Under the pieces are notes generated by a model. That model was not told where the DNA came from. It did no database searches and worked only from the letters and a program-made list of their open reading frames with translations. DNA of 64,000 bases from Candidatus Levybacteria bacterium RIFCSPHIGHO2_01_FULL_37_17. GTDB taxonomy: Bacteria; Patescibacteriota; Microgenomatia; Levybacterales; UBA12049. Positions within the stretch are counted from its first letter, which is position 1, and every line of letters starts with the position of its first letter. Shown here one piece after another: positions 20,027 to 29,872 of the stretch. The position numbers and the translations under genes are program-made. The stretch spans positions 148,078 to 212,077 of the forward strand of contig MFNL01000001.1 of NCBI GenBank assembly GCA_001782035.1, read 5' to 3'.

Positions 20027-22389
20027 ATAGAGTTTTTGCGGAATTTTACCATTCATACAATAATATATTGACAGAAGTAGTAAGAATTTTACTCTTTATT
20101 TTTTTTATAGGTCTAACATTTTTATCTTATGCATACAAAATATATCCGAATATATTTATTACTCTATTTGGAATATATATAATTCTGGAAGTTTATTATT
20201 ATCAAAAAGTTGCAAAATATACACCTAGGGAAACGGTTTCTGAAAATAAAGGCGACATTTTAAATTCTTTTACAATTGAAGCACTTTCTATTAGTGAAAT
20301 AAACTCAAGTAGAGATTTAATCCAGTATTTATTTTCACTTCCTCAAATTAAATTTATTCTGTCAAAGTGTGATGCAACCGAAAAAGGAACTTCCGTAATT
20401 GATGTTGACAAAAGCGAATTATCTAAATCAGCTTTTGTTCTAGCAAAATCTCTAAACGCAAAATTTGTAACCACCATAGATTTATTTGGAGCTTACCTAC
20501 TATTAACTGAATCTCAAACCAAATTTCTTTTTAACAAAAAATTAAAAACGGATGATTTAAATAATATTCTTTTATGGGCATCTACTGTTTTTCACAACGA
20601 AGAAACAGGGAGGAAAGCGCATGTTGCCTTTGCCGGAGAAGGATTTGCTGAAGATTGGGTGTATGGCTGGACTCTTGAGACTAAAAAATACGCTACAGAC
20701 TTAACCAGGCAATATATCAATGAAGGTGAGCCAGTCGTAAGGCTTAGTGAATATAATCAACTCGTAGAAGCTTTATACAAAGGCGCAAGCGTTGTTTTGG
20801 TTGGTGAAGTAGGCTCGGGCAAAGATTCAATTGTCAGATACTTTGCAAACGAAAGCTATATGGGAAGACATAATGGCTCTTTATACCATCAAAGGGTCTA
20901 CAGATTAATGGTTGATGCATTGCTTGCAGGCGCGAAAGATCAGGGTGAGCTTGAAGAACGGCTCAATCTTACTATGCAGGAACTATCGCATTCCGGAAAT
21001 ATAATAATTTATATCCCTGAATTTCAGAATCTTTTGGGCAGTAAATCATTTGATTTAGATATATCGGGAGCAATTCTTCCATATTTGCAAAATAAAGATA
21101 TTAGAATTATCGCAACGGTTGCGCCCAGCTCTTATAAAAAATTTATTGAGTCAAACAAAAGCTTACTTGACACATTAACAATTATTACTTTTCCGGAAAT
21201 TTCCAATGAGGAAATGTTGGATATTATATTCGCCAAAACTTTGGAAATCGAGGCTAAGAACGATGTATCCTTCTCCTACCGTGCTGTACTTGCGGCTATA
21301 CAATTTGCAAAAAATTATTCCAAAGAACGGGTAGAGCCGGGGAGCGCTGTAGTCCTTCTTGAAGATGCTGCAAACGCAGTTCATTTAGCAGGAAAAGACA
21401 TTGTTGAGGAAGAAGATATCCAGGCACAAGTAAAAAAGAAAGTGCACGTGGAAGTCGGTGAACCAAAGCGGGTGGAAAAAACCTTACTTTTAAATCTTGA
21501 GGCAGAAATTCACAAGAGAATTATAGATCAGACTGAAGCTGTTTCTGCTATTTCAGAGGCCATAAGAAGACTGCGGGCAGGGCTTTCAAATCCCACCAAG
21601 CCCATATCTTTTCTGTTCTTGGGTCCAACAGGAGTAGGAAAAACGGAAACAGCAAAAGCACTCGCCGACACTTATTACGGCTCGAAGGAAAGGTTTTTAA
21701 GGTTTGACATGAGTGAGTTTGCAGGAAGTGAAGGAAGAAAAAGACTTTTAGGAGCACCTCCGGGAGAAGGAGATGAAAAAGGTCAGCTTACAGAAGCAAT
21801 TTACGACAATCCATATTCGTTAGTTTTACTCGATGAATTTGAGAAAGCAGACAGTGAAATTTTAGACTTATTTTTGCAAGTTTTTGACGACGGAAGACTA
21901 ACAGATAACAAAGGAAAGACTGTTTCTTTTGTAAACTCAATTATAATTTCAACTTCAAACGCCGCATCGGAATATATTCGAGAACAAGTGGCGTCAGGCT
22001 CACTAATCGACAAATCATTCAAAGCTCAGCTTATTGAATTTCTTCAGACAAAAGGAATTTTCAAGCCCGAACTATTAAACAGGTTTGATGATATCATTGT
22101 TTTTAAACCACTTGGGACAGAGGAAGTTCTCCAAATAGTTAAACTACTTCTCACAGATGTTACAAAAAATCTTAAAGCAAAAGACATAACTGTAGTGTTT
22201 GAAGAGCCTGTTATCCAAAAAATTGCAAGCGAGGGCTTTGACAGGGATTTTGGCGCAAGGCCGCTTAGGCGATATATTCAAGACAATATCGAAGACTTAA
22301 TCGCCCAAAAGCTACTAAAAGATGAAATTAAGAGAGGCGACAAGATTGTAATTTCAATTACTACTCAAGGGAAAATCTCAATTAGTTAA
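20023..22389 (+). CDS. Membrane-anchored ClpA/ClpB-like AAA+ ATPase with two AAA modules (D1 atypical)
   Basis: There are two N-terminal TM helices. D1 has Walker A GEVGSGKDS and a Walker B-like IIIYIPEF. D2 has Walker A GPTGVGKTE and Walker B LLDEFEKA. The C-terminus is GARPLRRYIQ as in ClpA/B. Confidence 0.8.
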   Translation: MNRVFAEFYHSYNNILTEVVRILLFIFFIGLTFLSYAYKIYPNIFITLFGIYIILEVYYYQKVAKYTPRETVSENKGDILNSFTIEALSISEINSSRDLIQYLFSLPQIKFILSKCDATEKGTSVIDVDKSELSKSAFVLAKSLNAKFVTTIDLFGAYLLLTESQTKFLFNKKLKTDDLNNILLWASTVFHNEETGRKAHVAFAGEGFAEDWVYGWTLETKKYATDLTRQYINEGEPVVRLSEYNQLVEALYKGASVVLVGEVGSGKDSIVRYFANESYMGRHNGSLYHQRVYRLMVDALLAGAKDQGELEERLNLTMQELSHSGNIIIYIPEFQNLLGSKSFDLDISGAILPYLQNKDIRIIATVAPSSYKKFIESNKSLLDTLTIITFPEISNEEMLDIIFAKTLEIEAKNDVSFSYRAVLAAIQFAKNYSKERVEPGSAVVLLEDAANAVHLAGKDIVEEEDIQAQVKKKVHVEVGEPKRVEKTLLLNLEAEIHKRIIDQTEAVSAISEAIRRLRAGLSNPTKPISFLFLGPTGVGKTETAKALADTYYGSKERFLRFDMSEFAGSEGRKRLLGAPPGEGDEKGQLTEAIYDNPYSLVLLDEFEKADSEILDLFLQVFDDGRLTDNKGKTVSFVNSIIISTSNAASEYIREQVASGSLIDKSFKAQLIEFLQTKGIFKPELLNRFDDIIVFKPLGTEEVLQIVKLLLTDVTKNLKAKDITVVFEEPVIQKIASEGFDRDFGARPLRRYIQDNIEDLIAQKLLKDEIKRGDKIVISITTQGKISIS

Positions 22390-22401
22390 CTTCTTTTTGT
22401 C

Positions 22402-22430
22402 TTGAAGCAAGCTGGCTAAACTGGTATAAT
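22402..22430 (+). promoter_or_regulatory. nusA promoter TTGAAG-N17-(TGg)TATAAT; the ATG lies 9 nt downstream (leaderless or near-leaderless)
   Basis: Read directly from the sequence. The extended -10 is TGgTATAAT at 22422..22430. Confidence 0.55.
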
Positions 22431-22439
22431 GGCAAAACT

Positions 22440-23696
22440 ATGCCGGCAATTCAGCGTAGCGAATTCGCTTTAGCTTTAAATCAGGTGTCAAATGAAAGGG
22501 GCTTGGACCCCGAAATTATTTTGGATGCGGTAAGAAATGCAATTTTGGCAGCTTACAGAAAAGACCATCCAGAAGCAGGCGAAATGGAAGATTACACAGC
22601 ACTGCTTGATGCAAATACCGGAGAGGCAAAAATTCTTCAAGGGGAAACAGATGTAACTCCACCAGGTTTTGGAAGAATTGCAGCACAAACCGCAAAGCAG
22701 GTAATTTTGCAAAAGATTAGAGAGAAAGAAAAGGAATCTGTTATGGCCGATTTTAGGCAGAAAGTTGGTTCAATTGTAAACGGGATGGTGCTTAGATTTG
22801 CAGGCCCCAACGTAATTGTTGATATAGGAAAAACGGAAGCTATTATGCCGCCAGTCGAGCAAATACAAAATGAAAAATATCACTTAAATCAAAGACTTGC
22901 AGTTTATGTTCTTAATATTGCCGAAGGACCAAGAGGCGAAGAAGTAGTTGTTTCTCGCGCAAACAACGGGCTTTTGGAAGGATTATTTAGAAGAGAGGTT
23001 CCAGAAGTTTCTCAAGGCGCAGTAGAAATTAAAGCAATAGTAAGAGAGCCGGGAAACAGAAGCAAAGTTGCTGTTTATTCAAACCAATCCGGAATTGATC
23101 CGGTGGGATCCTGCGTTGGGCAAAAGGGAGTTAGAGTACAGGCTATAATTGCTGAATTTGGGGGAATTGAAAAAATTGACATAATTCAATGGCAGGAAAA
23201 TATTAAAAATTATATTGCAGCATCGTTATCTCCCGCCAAGGATTTAAGAGTAGAAGTAAATGAGGATGAGCAAGTTGCTCATGTATTTGTTGCAGCAGCC
23301 GAACTGTCATTAGCAATTGGAAAAGACGGGCAAAATGTAAGACTTGCATCAAAGTTAACAGGATATAGAATTGAAATTGAAGAGGATCCAACAAAAGCTG
23401 CGGTTGTCCCAGAAGCTCCTAAGGAAGAGCCAAAGGAATTAAAATTAGAAGAAAAAGCAACAACAGAAGAACAAATTGCTCAAGCAGTAGCGTCAGATGA
23501 GCCCTCAGAGCCGGTTGGGGAAGCCCAAGTAGAAGCTCATCCTGAATCCGCGCCAGACGCAAATGCAGCCGGAGCAGAAGACGCGGGTATTGCACAGGCA
23601 CCAACACAAGAAACTACGGAAACAGTCGAGAAAACACCAATAGAAAAATCCGGACAGGATCAAACAGAGACTAAAGACGAAGAAAATTTACAATGA
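22440..23696 (+). CDS. nusA: Transcription termination/antitermination factor NusA
   Basis: NusA N-terminal, S1 and KH regions are present, with an acidic C-terminal tail. The gene is upstream of infB. Confidence 0.93.
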   Translation: MPAIQRSEFALALNQVSNERGLDPEIILDAVRNAILAAYRKDHPEAGEMEDYTALLDANTGEAKILQGETDVTPPGFGRIAAQTAKQVILQKIREKEKESVMADFRQKVGSIVNGMVLRFAGPNVIVDIGKTEAIMPPVEQIQNEKYHLNQRLAVYVLNIAEGPRGEEVVVSRANNGLLEGLFRREVPEVSQGAVEIKAIVREPGNRSKVAVYSNQSGIDPVGSCVGQKGVRVQAIIAEFGGIEKIDIIQWQENIKNYIAASLSPAKDLRVEVNEDEQVAHVFVAAAELSLAIGKDGQNVRLASKLTGYRIEIEEDPTKAAVVPEAPKEEPKELKLEEKATTEEQIAQAVASDEPSEPVGEAQVEAHPESAPDANAAGAEDAGIAQAPTQETTETVEKTPIEKSGQDQTETKDEENLQ

Positions 23697-23724
23697 AAAA
23701 CGTGAGTTGTAAGTTTGAAAATAT

Positions 23725-25194
23725 ATGGCTAAAAAACAAAAAAACGAAAATTTGCATGCAGAACACTTCCCGCCGGTAGTTGCGGTATTGGGCCATGTAG
23801 ACCACGGAAAAACATCTCTTTTGGATGCAATTAGAAAAACAAATATTGCGGAAAGAGAACACGGCGGTATTACTCAAAAAATTGGTGCATCAAGCATAGA
23901 AGTAATGCACGAAGGTAACAAAAGGCGAATTACTTTTATAGATACTCCTGGACATGAAGCATTCTCTAAGATGAGAGGACGTGGTACACAAGCAGCAGAT
24001 ATTGGAATACTGGTTATATCTGCTGTGGATGGAGTAATGCCTCAAACAAAAGAAAGTATTGGTTTACTAAAAGACTCGAAATTACCATTTATTGTTGCTA
24101 TTACAAAAGTAGACGATCCCAAAAAACTTGTAGACAAAACAATTGACCAGCTTTTGAAAGAAGAAGTAATGCTTGAAGGCTACGGAGGAGACGTTCCATT
24201 TATAGAAGTGTCCGCCAAGGAAGGCTTAAATATTCAAAAATTACTAGATTTAATTTTATTAGTGTTTGATTTAAAAATTGACGCAAAATTTTATCCACAC
24301 TCAAAAGAAGGTCAATTTAAAGGAATAGTAATCGAATCTAAGCTAGATCAAAAAAGAGGCTCTGTTGCCTCTGTTGTCGTAAAAAATGGAGAGCTAAGTT
24401 TAAAAGACGATCTATATTCAGATGAGGGAAAACTTGGAAAAGTTAGGAACCTAGTATCAGCAGAAGGTTTAAATGTAAAAGGTGCAAGTGTTGGAGAAGC
24501 AGTTGAGATATTAGGATTTGAGAAAGCACCAAGCGTAGGCAGTATAATTAGCAATACTCCTGTTGATCTCCAGGCTCAAACAATTGCAGAATCTAGTTTA
24601 TCAACCTCACCCTTTGATAGGGTGGATGAGAACGTTGTTGCAATCGTTCTTTGCGCCGACACTCTTGGATCACTTGAGGCAATTAAAAATTCCCTACCCG
24701 ACAAAGCAAGAGTAGTTAGAGAAAAAACAGGAGAAATAGAAGTATCGGATGTTTTGTATGCTAAATCAACGGGCGCAATAGTATTGGGTTTTAATGTAAA
24801 ACTTAAACCCGAAATTTTAAAACTTGCGAAAACTGAAAAAATTCTGGTTAAAATTTATACCATAATTTATGAAATGATAGATGAAATAAGTGATTTTGTT
24901 AAGGGAAAACTAGAGGCTATGCAAGAAGAAGTTTTAGGTATTGGCAAAATTCTTGCCAGTTTTCCATTTGAAAAGACAAAAGTAATGGGAATAAAAGTAC
25001 AAGAGGGAAGAGTTGCTAAAAACGATAAATTGAGGCTTTTAAGAGGCGAAGAAATTATAGGTGAATCTCATGTAACATCAGTAAGAATTGGAAAAGAGCA
25101 GGCGTCTAAGCTAGAAGAAGGGCAAGAAGGGGGAATAATAATTTCACCTTTCCTTGACTTTACTATAGGCGATATGGTACTATCGCACAACTAA
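23725..25194 (+). CDS. infB: Translation initiation factor IF-2 (short form lacking the N-terminal domains)
   Basis: The G domain has [17 protein letters not shown] and the NKVD-like TKVD motifs. At 489 aa the protein is much shorter than typical IF2. Confidence 0.92.
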   Translation: MAKKQKNENLHAEHFPPVVAVLGHVDHGKTSLLDAIRKTNIAEREHGGITQKIGASSIEVMHEGNKRRITFIDTPGHEAFSKMRGRGTQAADIGILVISAVDGVMPQTKESIGLLKDSKLPFIVAITKVDDPKKLVDKTIDQLLKEEVMLEGYGGDVPFIEVSAKEGLNIQKLLDLILLVFDLKIDAKFYPHSKEGQFKGIVIESKLDQKRGSVASVVVKNGELSLKDDLYSDEGKLGKVRNLVSAEGLNVKGASVGEAVEILGFEKAPSVGSIISNTPVDLQAQTIAESSLSTSPFDRVDENVVAIVLCADTLGSLEAIKNSLPDKARVVREKTGEIEVSDVLYAKSTGAIVLGFNVKLKPEILKLAKTEKILVKIYTIIYEMIDEISDFVKGKLEAMQEEVLGIGKILASFPFEKTKVMGIKVQEGRVAKNDKLRLLRGEEIIGESHVTSVRIGKEQASKLEEGQEGGIIISPFLDFTIGDMVLSHN

Positions 25195-25213
25195 TCTGCC
25201 TCGAGTTTGAAAT

Positions 25214-26176
25214 ATGGACAATTTGACGTTTCCAAAAATAAAAGAAGCTATAGAAAAATATAATAATATAGGGATTGCAATCGCCTCAAGTTCCTCCTTG
25301 GATTCAACGGCAGCAGCATTATCTTTACACCTTTCTCTTAAAAATTTGGGCAAAAACGTAACAATTGCCTCTCCTTCCACGCCCCTGGTTGAAGTTTCCT
25401 CTCTGGTAGGGATTGATGAAGTTTCAAACGGTTTTGGCGGCGCAGGCGGAGATTTAATTGTTTCTTTTCCGTACAAAGAAGGAGAGATAGAAAAAGTTTC
25501 TTATACAAGAGATGAAAACTATTTAAATATCGTAGTTAAAGCAGGAGAGTTAGGCCTTAATTTCAACGAAAAAGACATAAAATTCACAAGAGGAGGAATC
25601 GCACCGCAGCTTTTATTTGTAATTGGTGCTCCCAGAATTTCTGATCTAGGTTCGTTATTTGACGCAGCTGCGCTTAAGGATACGGTTGTTGTAAATATAG
25701 ACAATAGCGCCCAAAACCAAGGATTTGGAGACATTGTTATGGTTTCTAACAGATTATCTTCTATTTCGGAGGCTGTTGCCAATATGCTTTTAGCCCTGAA
25801 TTTAAAAATTGACTTGGATATAGCCCAAAACTTAATGTCAGGAATTTCTGCGGCAACCGATAATTTTCAGAGCGAAAATACCAGCGCTTTAGCTTTCGAA
25901 GTTGCCGGAATTTTAATGAGGCAGGGTGCTACAAGACAGCTGCAGACAGTTGTGCGAAAAGTTTCGGAAGGCGATTTTATAAAACAACAGGAAAGAGTAA
26001 TTAGAACAGAACAGCATGCTCAAGCTTCTTCAGCAGAATCTATAAGAGAAGAGCTTGTGCAACAACCAACTCAAGCTCCGGTTCTTGAAAAAGTAGAGAA
26101 AAAAGAACAGGTAGTTGAAAATCCACCCGATGATTGGCTAGAGCCAAAAATCTACAAAGGCTCCACAAACTTCTAG
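25214..26176 (+). CDS. DHH-family (NrnA-like) protein with degenerate catalytic motifs
   Basis: It occupies the infB-downstream position where rbfA/nrnA usually sit. It is colinear with NrnA, but the DxD motif is SSS (IAIASSSSLDS) and DHH is DNS (VVNIDNSAQN). Confidence 0.45.
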   Translation: MDNLTFPKIKEAIEKYNNIGIAIASSSSLDSTAAALSLHLSLKNLGKNVTIASPSTPLVEVSSLVGIDEVSNGFGGAGGDLIVSFPYKEGEIEKVSYTRDENYLNIVVKAGELGLNFNEKDIKFTRGGIAPQLLFVIGAPRISDLGSLFDAAALKDTVVVNIDNSAQNQGFGDIVMVSNRLSSISEAVANMLLALNLKIDLDIAQNLMSGISAATDNFQSENTSALAFEVAGILMRQGATRQLQTVVRKVSEGDFIKQQERVIRTEQHAQASSAESIREELVQQPTQAPVLEKVEKKEQVVENPPDDWLEPKIYKGSTNF

Positions 26177-26239
26177 ACCATTGTAATTGGAAACAAGAGC
26201 TGATATAATACGTTTTGTTAATAAGGAAAGAAATTTAAG

Positions 26240-26509
26240 ATGCCACTTAGTTCTTCTCAGAAGAAAGACATAATTAAAGAATTCCAAACGGTTAAAGGCG
26301 ATACAGGAAGCCCTGAAGTACAGGTTGCGCTTTTAACATACAGAGTTGAAAAATTAACAGAACATCTAAAAGCTCATGCGCACGATAATCACAGCAGACG
26401 CGGTCTTCTTTCGATGATTGCAAAAAGAAGAAGGCTTATCAATTTTTTGGAAAAAGTTGATAAAGCACGTGCCTCGGAAATCGCAAAAAAGGTGGGACTG
26501 AAAAAATAA
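26240..26509 (+). CDS. rpsO: 30S ribosomal protein S15
   Basis: It is an 89-aa protein with the S15 family pattern (GDTGSPEVQVALLTYRVEKLTEHLKAHAHDNHSRRGLL) and is followed by pnp. Confidence 0.9.
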   Translation: MPLSSSQKKDIIKEFQTVKGDTGSPEVQVALLTYRVEKLTEHLKAHAHDNHSRRGLLSMIAKRRRLINFLEKVDKARASEIAKKVGLKK

Positions 26510-26519
26510 TTAAAATTTA

Positions 26520-28790
26520 ATGAAAAAAACCTCGAAGGAAATAGATTTAGCAGGTAAGAAGCTAATACTTGAAATTGGAGAATTTGCCGAACAGGCAACT
26601 TCTTCTATTTTGGCGCGGCTTGGAGAAACCGTAGTTTTAGTTACTGTTGTCGAAGGCGGAAAGACGGATTTGGATTATTTTCCTCTTAGTGTCGATTATG
26701 TTGAAAGGCTTTATGCAGGAGGAAGAATAAAGGGGAGCCGCTGGGTTAAACGAGAAGGAAGACCAAGTGATGAAGCAATACTTGCGGGAAGATTGATAGA
26801 TCGTTCCATTAGACCTCTTTTTCCAAAAAGCTTCAAAAATGAGGTTCAAATAATTGTAACCGTTATGTCAGTAGATGGTGAAAACGAAGCAGACGTTCTT
26901 GCATTAAATGCTGTATCTGCAGCATTGGCAATCTCGAGAATTCCCTGGAACGGACCAATAGGCGCAATAAGAGTGGGTTATATAAAGGAAAATGGAAATT
27001 CTGCAGAAATTTTAGAAAATCCCACAACTAGTGAAATAGACTTGTCGGAACTGGATATGGTCGTTTCGCAAACAAAAGATAAAACCGTAATGCTAGAAGC
27101 AGGGGCAAAACAGGTTTCCGAGGATGTTTTTGTCGAAGCAATTGGAAGGGCGCAAAAAGTAAATTCCGGAATAGTCGCCTCAATCGAGGAGCTTGTAAAG
27201 GAAGTTGGAACAAAAAAATTAGAAATAAGCGAAGACGCCTCATCTCATGAAGCAGTCGCGTTAATAGATAAATCCTACAAAGAAGATATTATTGCACTTA
27301 TTAAGTCTAAAGCAGATAAAGAATCAGGAGGAAACGAAATGGGAGAGTTGGTTGATAAAATTTATGACGATGAAAAAATGAAAAACAAAGATTCAGACAT
27401 CGATAAAAAAACAATTGTAAAAGCAATAGAGCATGTAATGTTTAAACAAATTAGAATTGATGTTTTGGAAAAAAACAAAAGAGTAGATGGAAGAAAAATG
27501 GATGAAATTCGCCCAATTGCTGCTAGAGTTGGAATCTTGCCCAGAACTCATGGAAGCGCACTTTTTCAAAGAGGCTTAACACAAGCTCTCTCCGTTATAA
27601 CTCTTGGTTCTCCAAGAATGGAGCAGTTAATCGAGTCAGCAGAAGGTGAAGAATCAAAAAGCTATATTCACCACTATAGTGGGCTTCCATATTCTTTCGG
27701 ACAAACCGGAAGAGTTGGTACACCGTCCAGACGCGAAATTGGACACGGAGCTTTGGCAGAGAGAGCCCTTGAAGCTGTTATTCCAAAACAGGAAACATTT
27801 CCATACACAATAAGAGTAGTTTCGGAAGTTTTATCACAGAATGGATCAAGTTCTATGGCTTCAACATGCGGGTCAACTCTTGCGTTAATGGATGCAGGCG
27901 TACCAATTTTAAAACCGGTAGCAGGAATTTCTATAGGGATGATGTCGGATGAGAAAAAATATCAACTTTTAACGGATATTATCGGAATTGAAGATTTTTC
28001 GGGAGATATGGATTTTAAAGTGGCCGGAACCGAGAATGGTGTAACAGCAATACAGGTAGACGTAAAAATTCCAGGACTTACAATAGAACAAGTTAAAGAT
28101 ATTTTTGCTGCTTCCAAAAAAGCAAGACTTTTTATATTGGATAAAATGCAATCCGTTATTCCTTCTTCAAGAAAAGAACTTTCGGAATATGCTCCTAAGA
28201 TAGAAGTAGTTCATATACCAGTGGACAAAATTGGCGAAGTAATTGGACCAGGTGGTAAGGTTATAAAAAACATTATTGCAACAACAGGCGCAACTGTTGA
28301 TGTTGAAGATGATGGATCTGTGACAATTTCAGGAACCAATGAGGAAGCAGTTCAAAGGGCAACAGATTGGGTTAAAAGTTTAACTAGGGACGTTGGAGTC
28401 GGAGAAGAATTTGAAGGAGAAGTAAAAAGAATTCTGCCTTTTGGAGCATTTGTTGAAATTTTACCCGGAAAAGAAGGAATGGTACATGTTTCAAAAATGT
28501 CAACAGAATTTGTAAATAATCCTTCCGACGTTGTTGAAATTGGACAAAAAGTAAAAGTAAGAGTTGCTGAGATAGACGAACAAGGAAGAATTAACCTATC
28601 TATGTTATTTGGAGCTGATGCCGAGAAAGAAAGAGAGCCTCGGGAAAGGCAAGAAAGAAGTTTTGCGGGAAGTGCTAGAGATGATAGAGGGCCAAGGCGC
28701 GAGCATCCTTTATCTATGCAGTTTAAAAGGGAAAGGCAAAAAACCTGGCAACAAAATAAACGCTTCGGTCCTAAAAAACCAAGATACTAA
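26520..28790 (+). CDS. pnp: Polyribonucleotide nucleotidyltransferase (PNPase) with an Arg-rich C-terminal extension
   Basis: Two RNase PH domains, a KH domain (GPGGKVIKNI) and an S1 domain are present, plus a basic tail of about 60 aa. Confidence 0.95.
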   Translation: MKKTSKEIDLAGKKLILEIGEFAEQATSSILARLGETVVLVTVVEGGKTDLDYFPLSVDYVERLYAGGRIKGSRWVKREGRPSDEAILAGRLIDRSIRPLFPKSFKNEVQIIVTVMSVDGENEADVLALNAVSAALAISRIPWNGPIGAIRVGYIKENGNSAEILENPTTSEIDLSELDMVVSQTKDKTVMLEAGAKQVSEDVFVEAIGRAQKVNSGIVASIEELVKEVGTKKLEISEDASSHEAVALIDKSYKEDIIALIKSKADKESGGNEMGELVDKIYDDEKMKNKDSDIDKKTIVKAIEHVMFKQIRIDVLEKNKRVDGRKMDEIRPIAARVGILPRTHGSALFQRGLTQALSVITLGSPRMEQLIESAEGEESKSYIHHYSGLPYSFGQTGRVGTPSRREIGHGALAERALEAVIPKQETFPYTIRVVSEVLSQNGSSSMASTCGSTLALMDAGVPILKPVAGISIGMMSDEKKYQLLTDIIGIEDFSGDMDFKVAGTENGVTAIQVDVKIPGLTIEQVKDIFAASKKARLFILDKMQSVIPSSRKELSEYAPKIEVVHIPVDKIGEVIGPGGKVIKNIIATTGATVDVEDDGSVTISGTNEEAVQRATDWVKSLTRDVGVGEEFEGEVKRILPFGAFVEILPGKEGMVHVSKMSTEFVNNPSDVVEIGQKVKVRVAEIDEQGRINLSMLFGADAEKEREPRERQERSFAGSARDDRGPRREHPLSMQFKRERQKTWQQNKRFGPKKPRY

Positions 28791-28815
28791 ATCCTCATTA
28801 TGTTATCATTAAGCT

Positions 28816-29871
28816 ATGGATTCTGCCCAAACCCTAGATTTAGAATTAAATAAATTATCGGAAAAAGTAAAAAAAGCTTCTTTACCAGCTGATTTATTGG
28901 AAAAAGTAAATTCAATGTTGTCTCTTCTTTCAATAAGTTTAAAAACAGGTACAGGTAGTTTTATAAACTATCAGGTTACAGAAAATTATTTAAACTGGCT
29001 TTGTTCACTACCTTTCAATATAGAAACGCAAGAGAATTTAGATATCAACAAAGCTAAAGAAATTCTTGATAAAAACCATTATGGACTGACTTCTATAAAA
29101 GACACAATTCTTGAATATTTATCAACACTCATTTTAAACAAGCAAAACAATGTATCTGTGAACGCCCCAATTCTTTGCCTAGTTGGTCTAGTTGGTACAG
29201 GTAAAACAACTCTTGCTTATTCTATTGCAGAGGCCCTGGGTAGAAAATTTGAAAGAATTCCTTTTGGAGGACTTTCCGATTCCTTATCTTTAAGAGGCCA
29301 GTCTCGTGCATTTTCAGACGCAGAACCTGGACTTTTTATAAAAAAAATCGTACACGCCCAAAGCAAAAATTGCGTAATACTTTTGGATGAATTGGATAGA
29401 ATTGCAGAACACGCAAGAGCTGATGTTATGGGAGTTCTAATAGAAGCATTGGATAATGAACAAAATAAATCATTTGTAGATCACTATATTGATTATCCTT
29501 TTGACTTATCACATATTTTATTTATTGCGACAGCAAATAATACGTCAACCTTATCAACAGCGGTTTTGGATAGACTGGAAATAATTCAAATGCCTTCATA
29601 TAACGATGAGGAGAAGAAAACTATCGGAGAATTGTATTTATTCCCTAAAATAGTAAAAAATTCAGGTCTAGTTGAAAACCAGGTTATAATAGATGAGGCT
29701 TTATGGTCTACAATTATAAGACCTTTAGGCTACGATAGTGGCATTAGAAGTTTGGAAAGGACGCTGGAAAATTTAGCTAGAGGGGTTGCAAGAGAAATAG
29801 TTGAGGGAAAATTGCAAAAAAATGCAAGAATTAAAATAGACGAAAATAATATAAACAAATATTTAGATTAG
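28816..29871 (+). CDS. Lon-like AAA+ ATPase module without the N-terminal LAN domain or the C-terminal S16 protease domain
   Basis: The protein is colinear with the Lon central region. It has a helical segment (DKNHYGLTSIKDTILEYL), Walker A GLVGTGKTT, Walker B ILLDELD, and the Lon lid (LDRLEIIQMPSY…GIRSLER). It ends where the protease domain would begin. Confidence 0.8.
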   Translation: MDSAQTLDLELNKLSEKVKKASLPADLLEKVNSMLSLLSISLKTGTGSFINYQVTENYLNWLCSLPFNIETQENLDINKAKEILDKNHYGLTSIKDTILEYLSTLILNKQNNVSVNAPILCLVGLVGTGKTTLAYSIAEALGRKFERIPFGGLSDSLSLRGQSRAFSDAEPGLFIKKIVHAQSKNCVILLDELDRIAEHARADVMGVLIEALDNEQNKSFVDHYIDYPFDLSHILFIATANNTSTLSTAVLDRLEIIQMPSYNDEEKKTIGELYLFPKIVKNSGLVENQVIIDEALWSTIIRPLGYDSGIRSLERTLENLARGVAREIVEGKLQKNARIKIDENNINKYLD

Positions 29872-29872
29872 T

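Noticed and set aside
28609-28812. 67-aa ORF overlapping the 3' end of pnp in another frame
   Set aside because: It lies inside the conserved PNPase tail-coding region and has no independent support.
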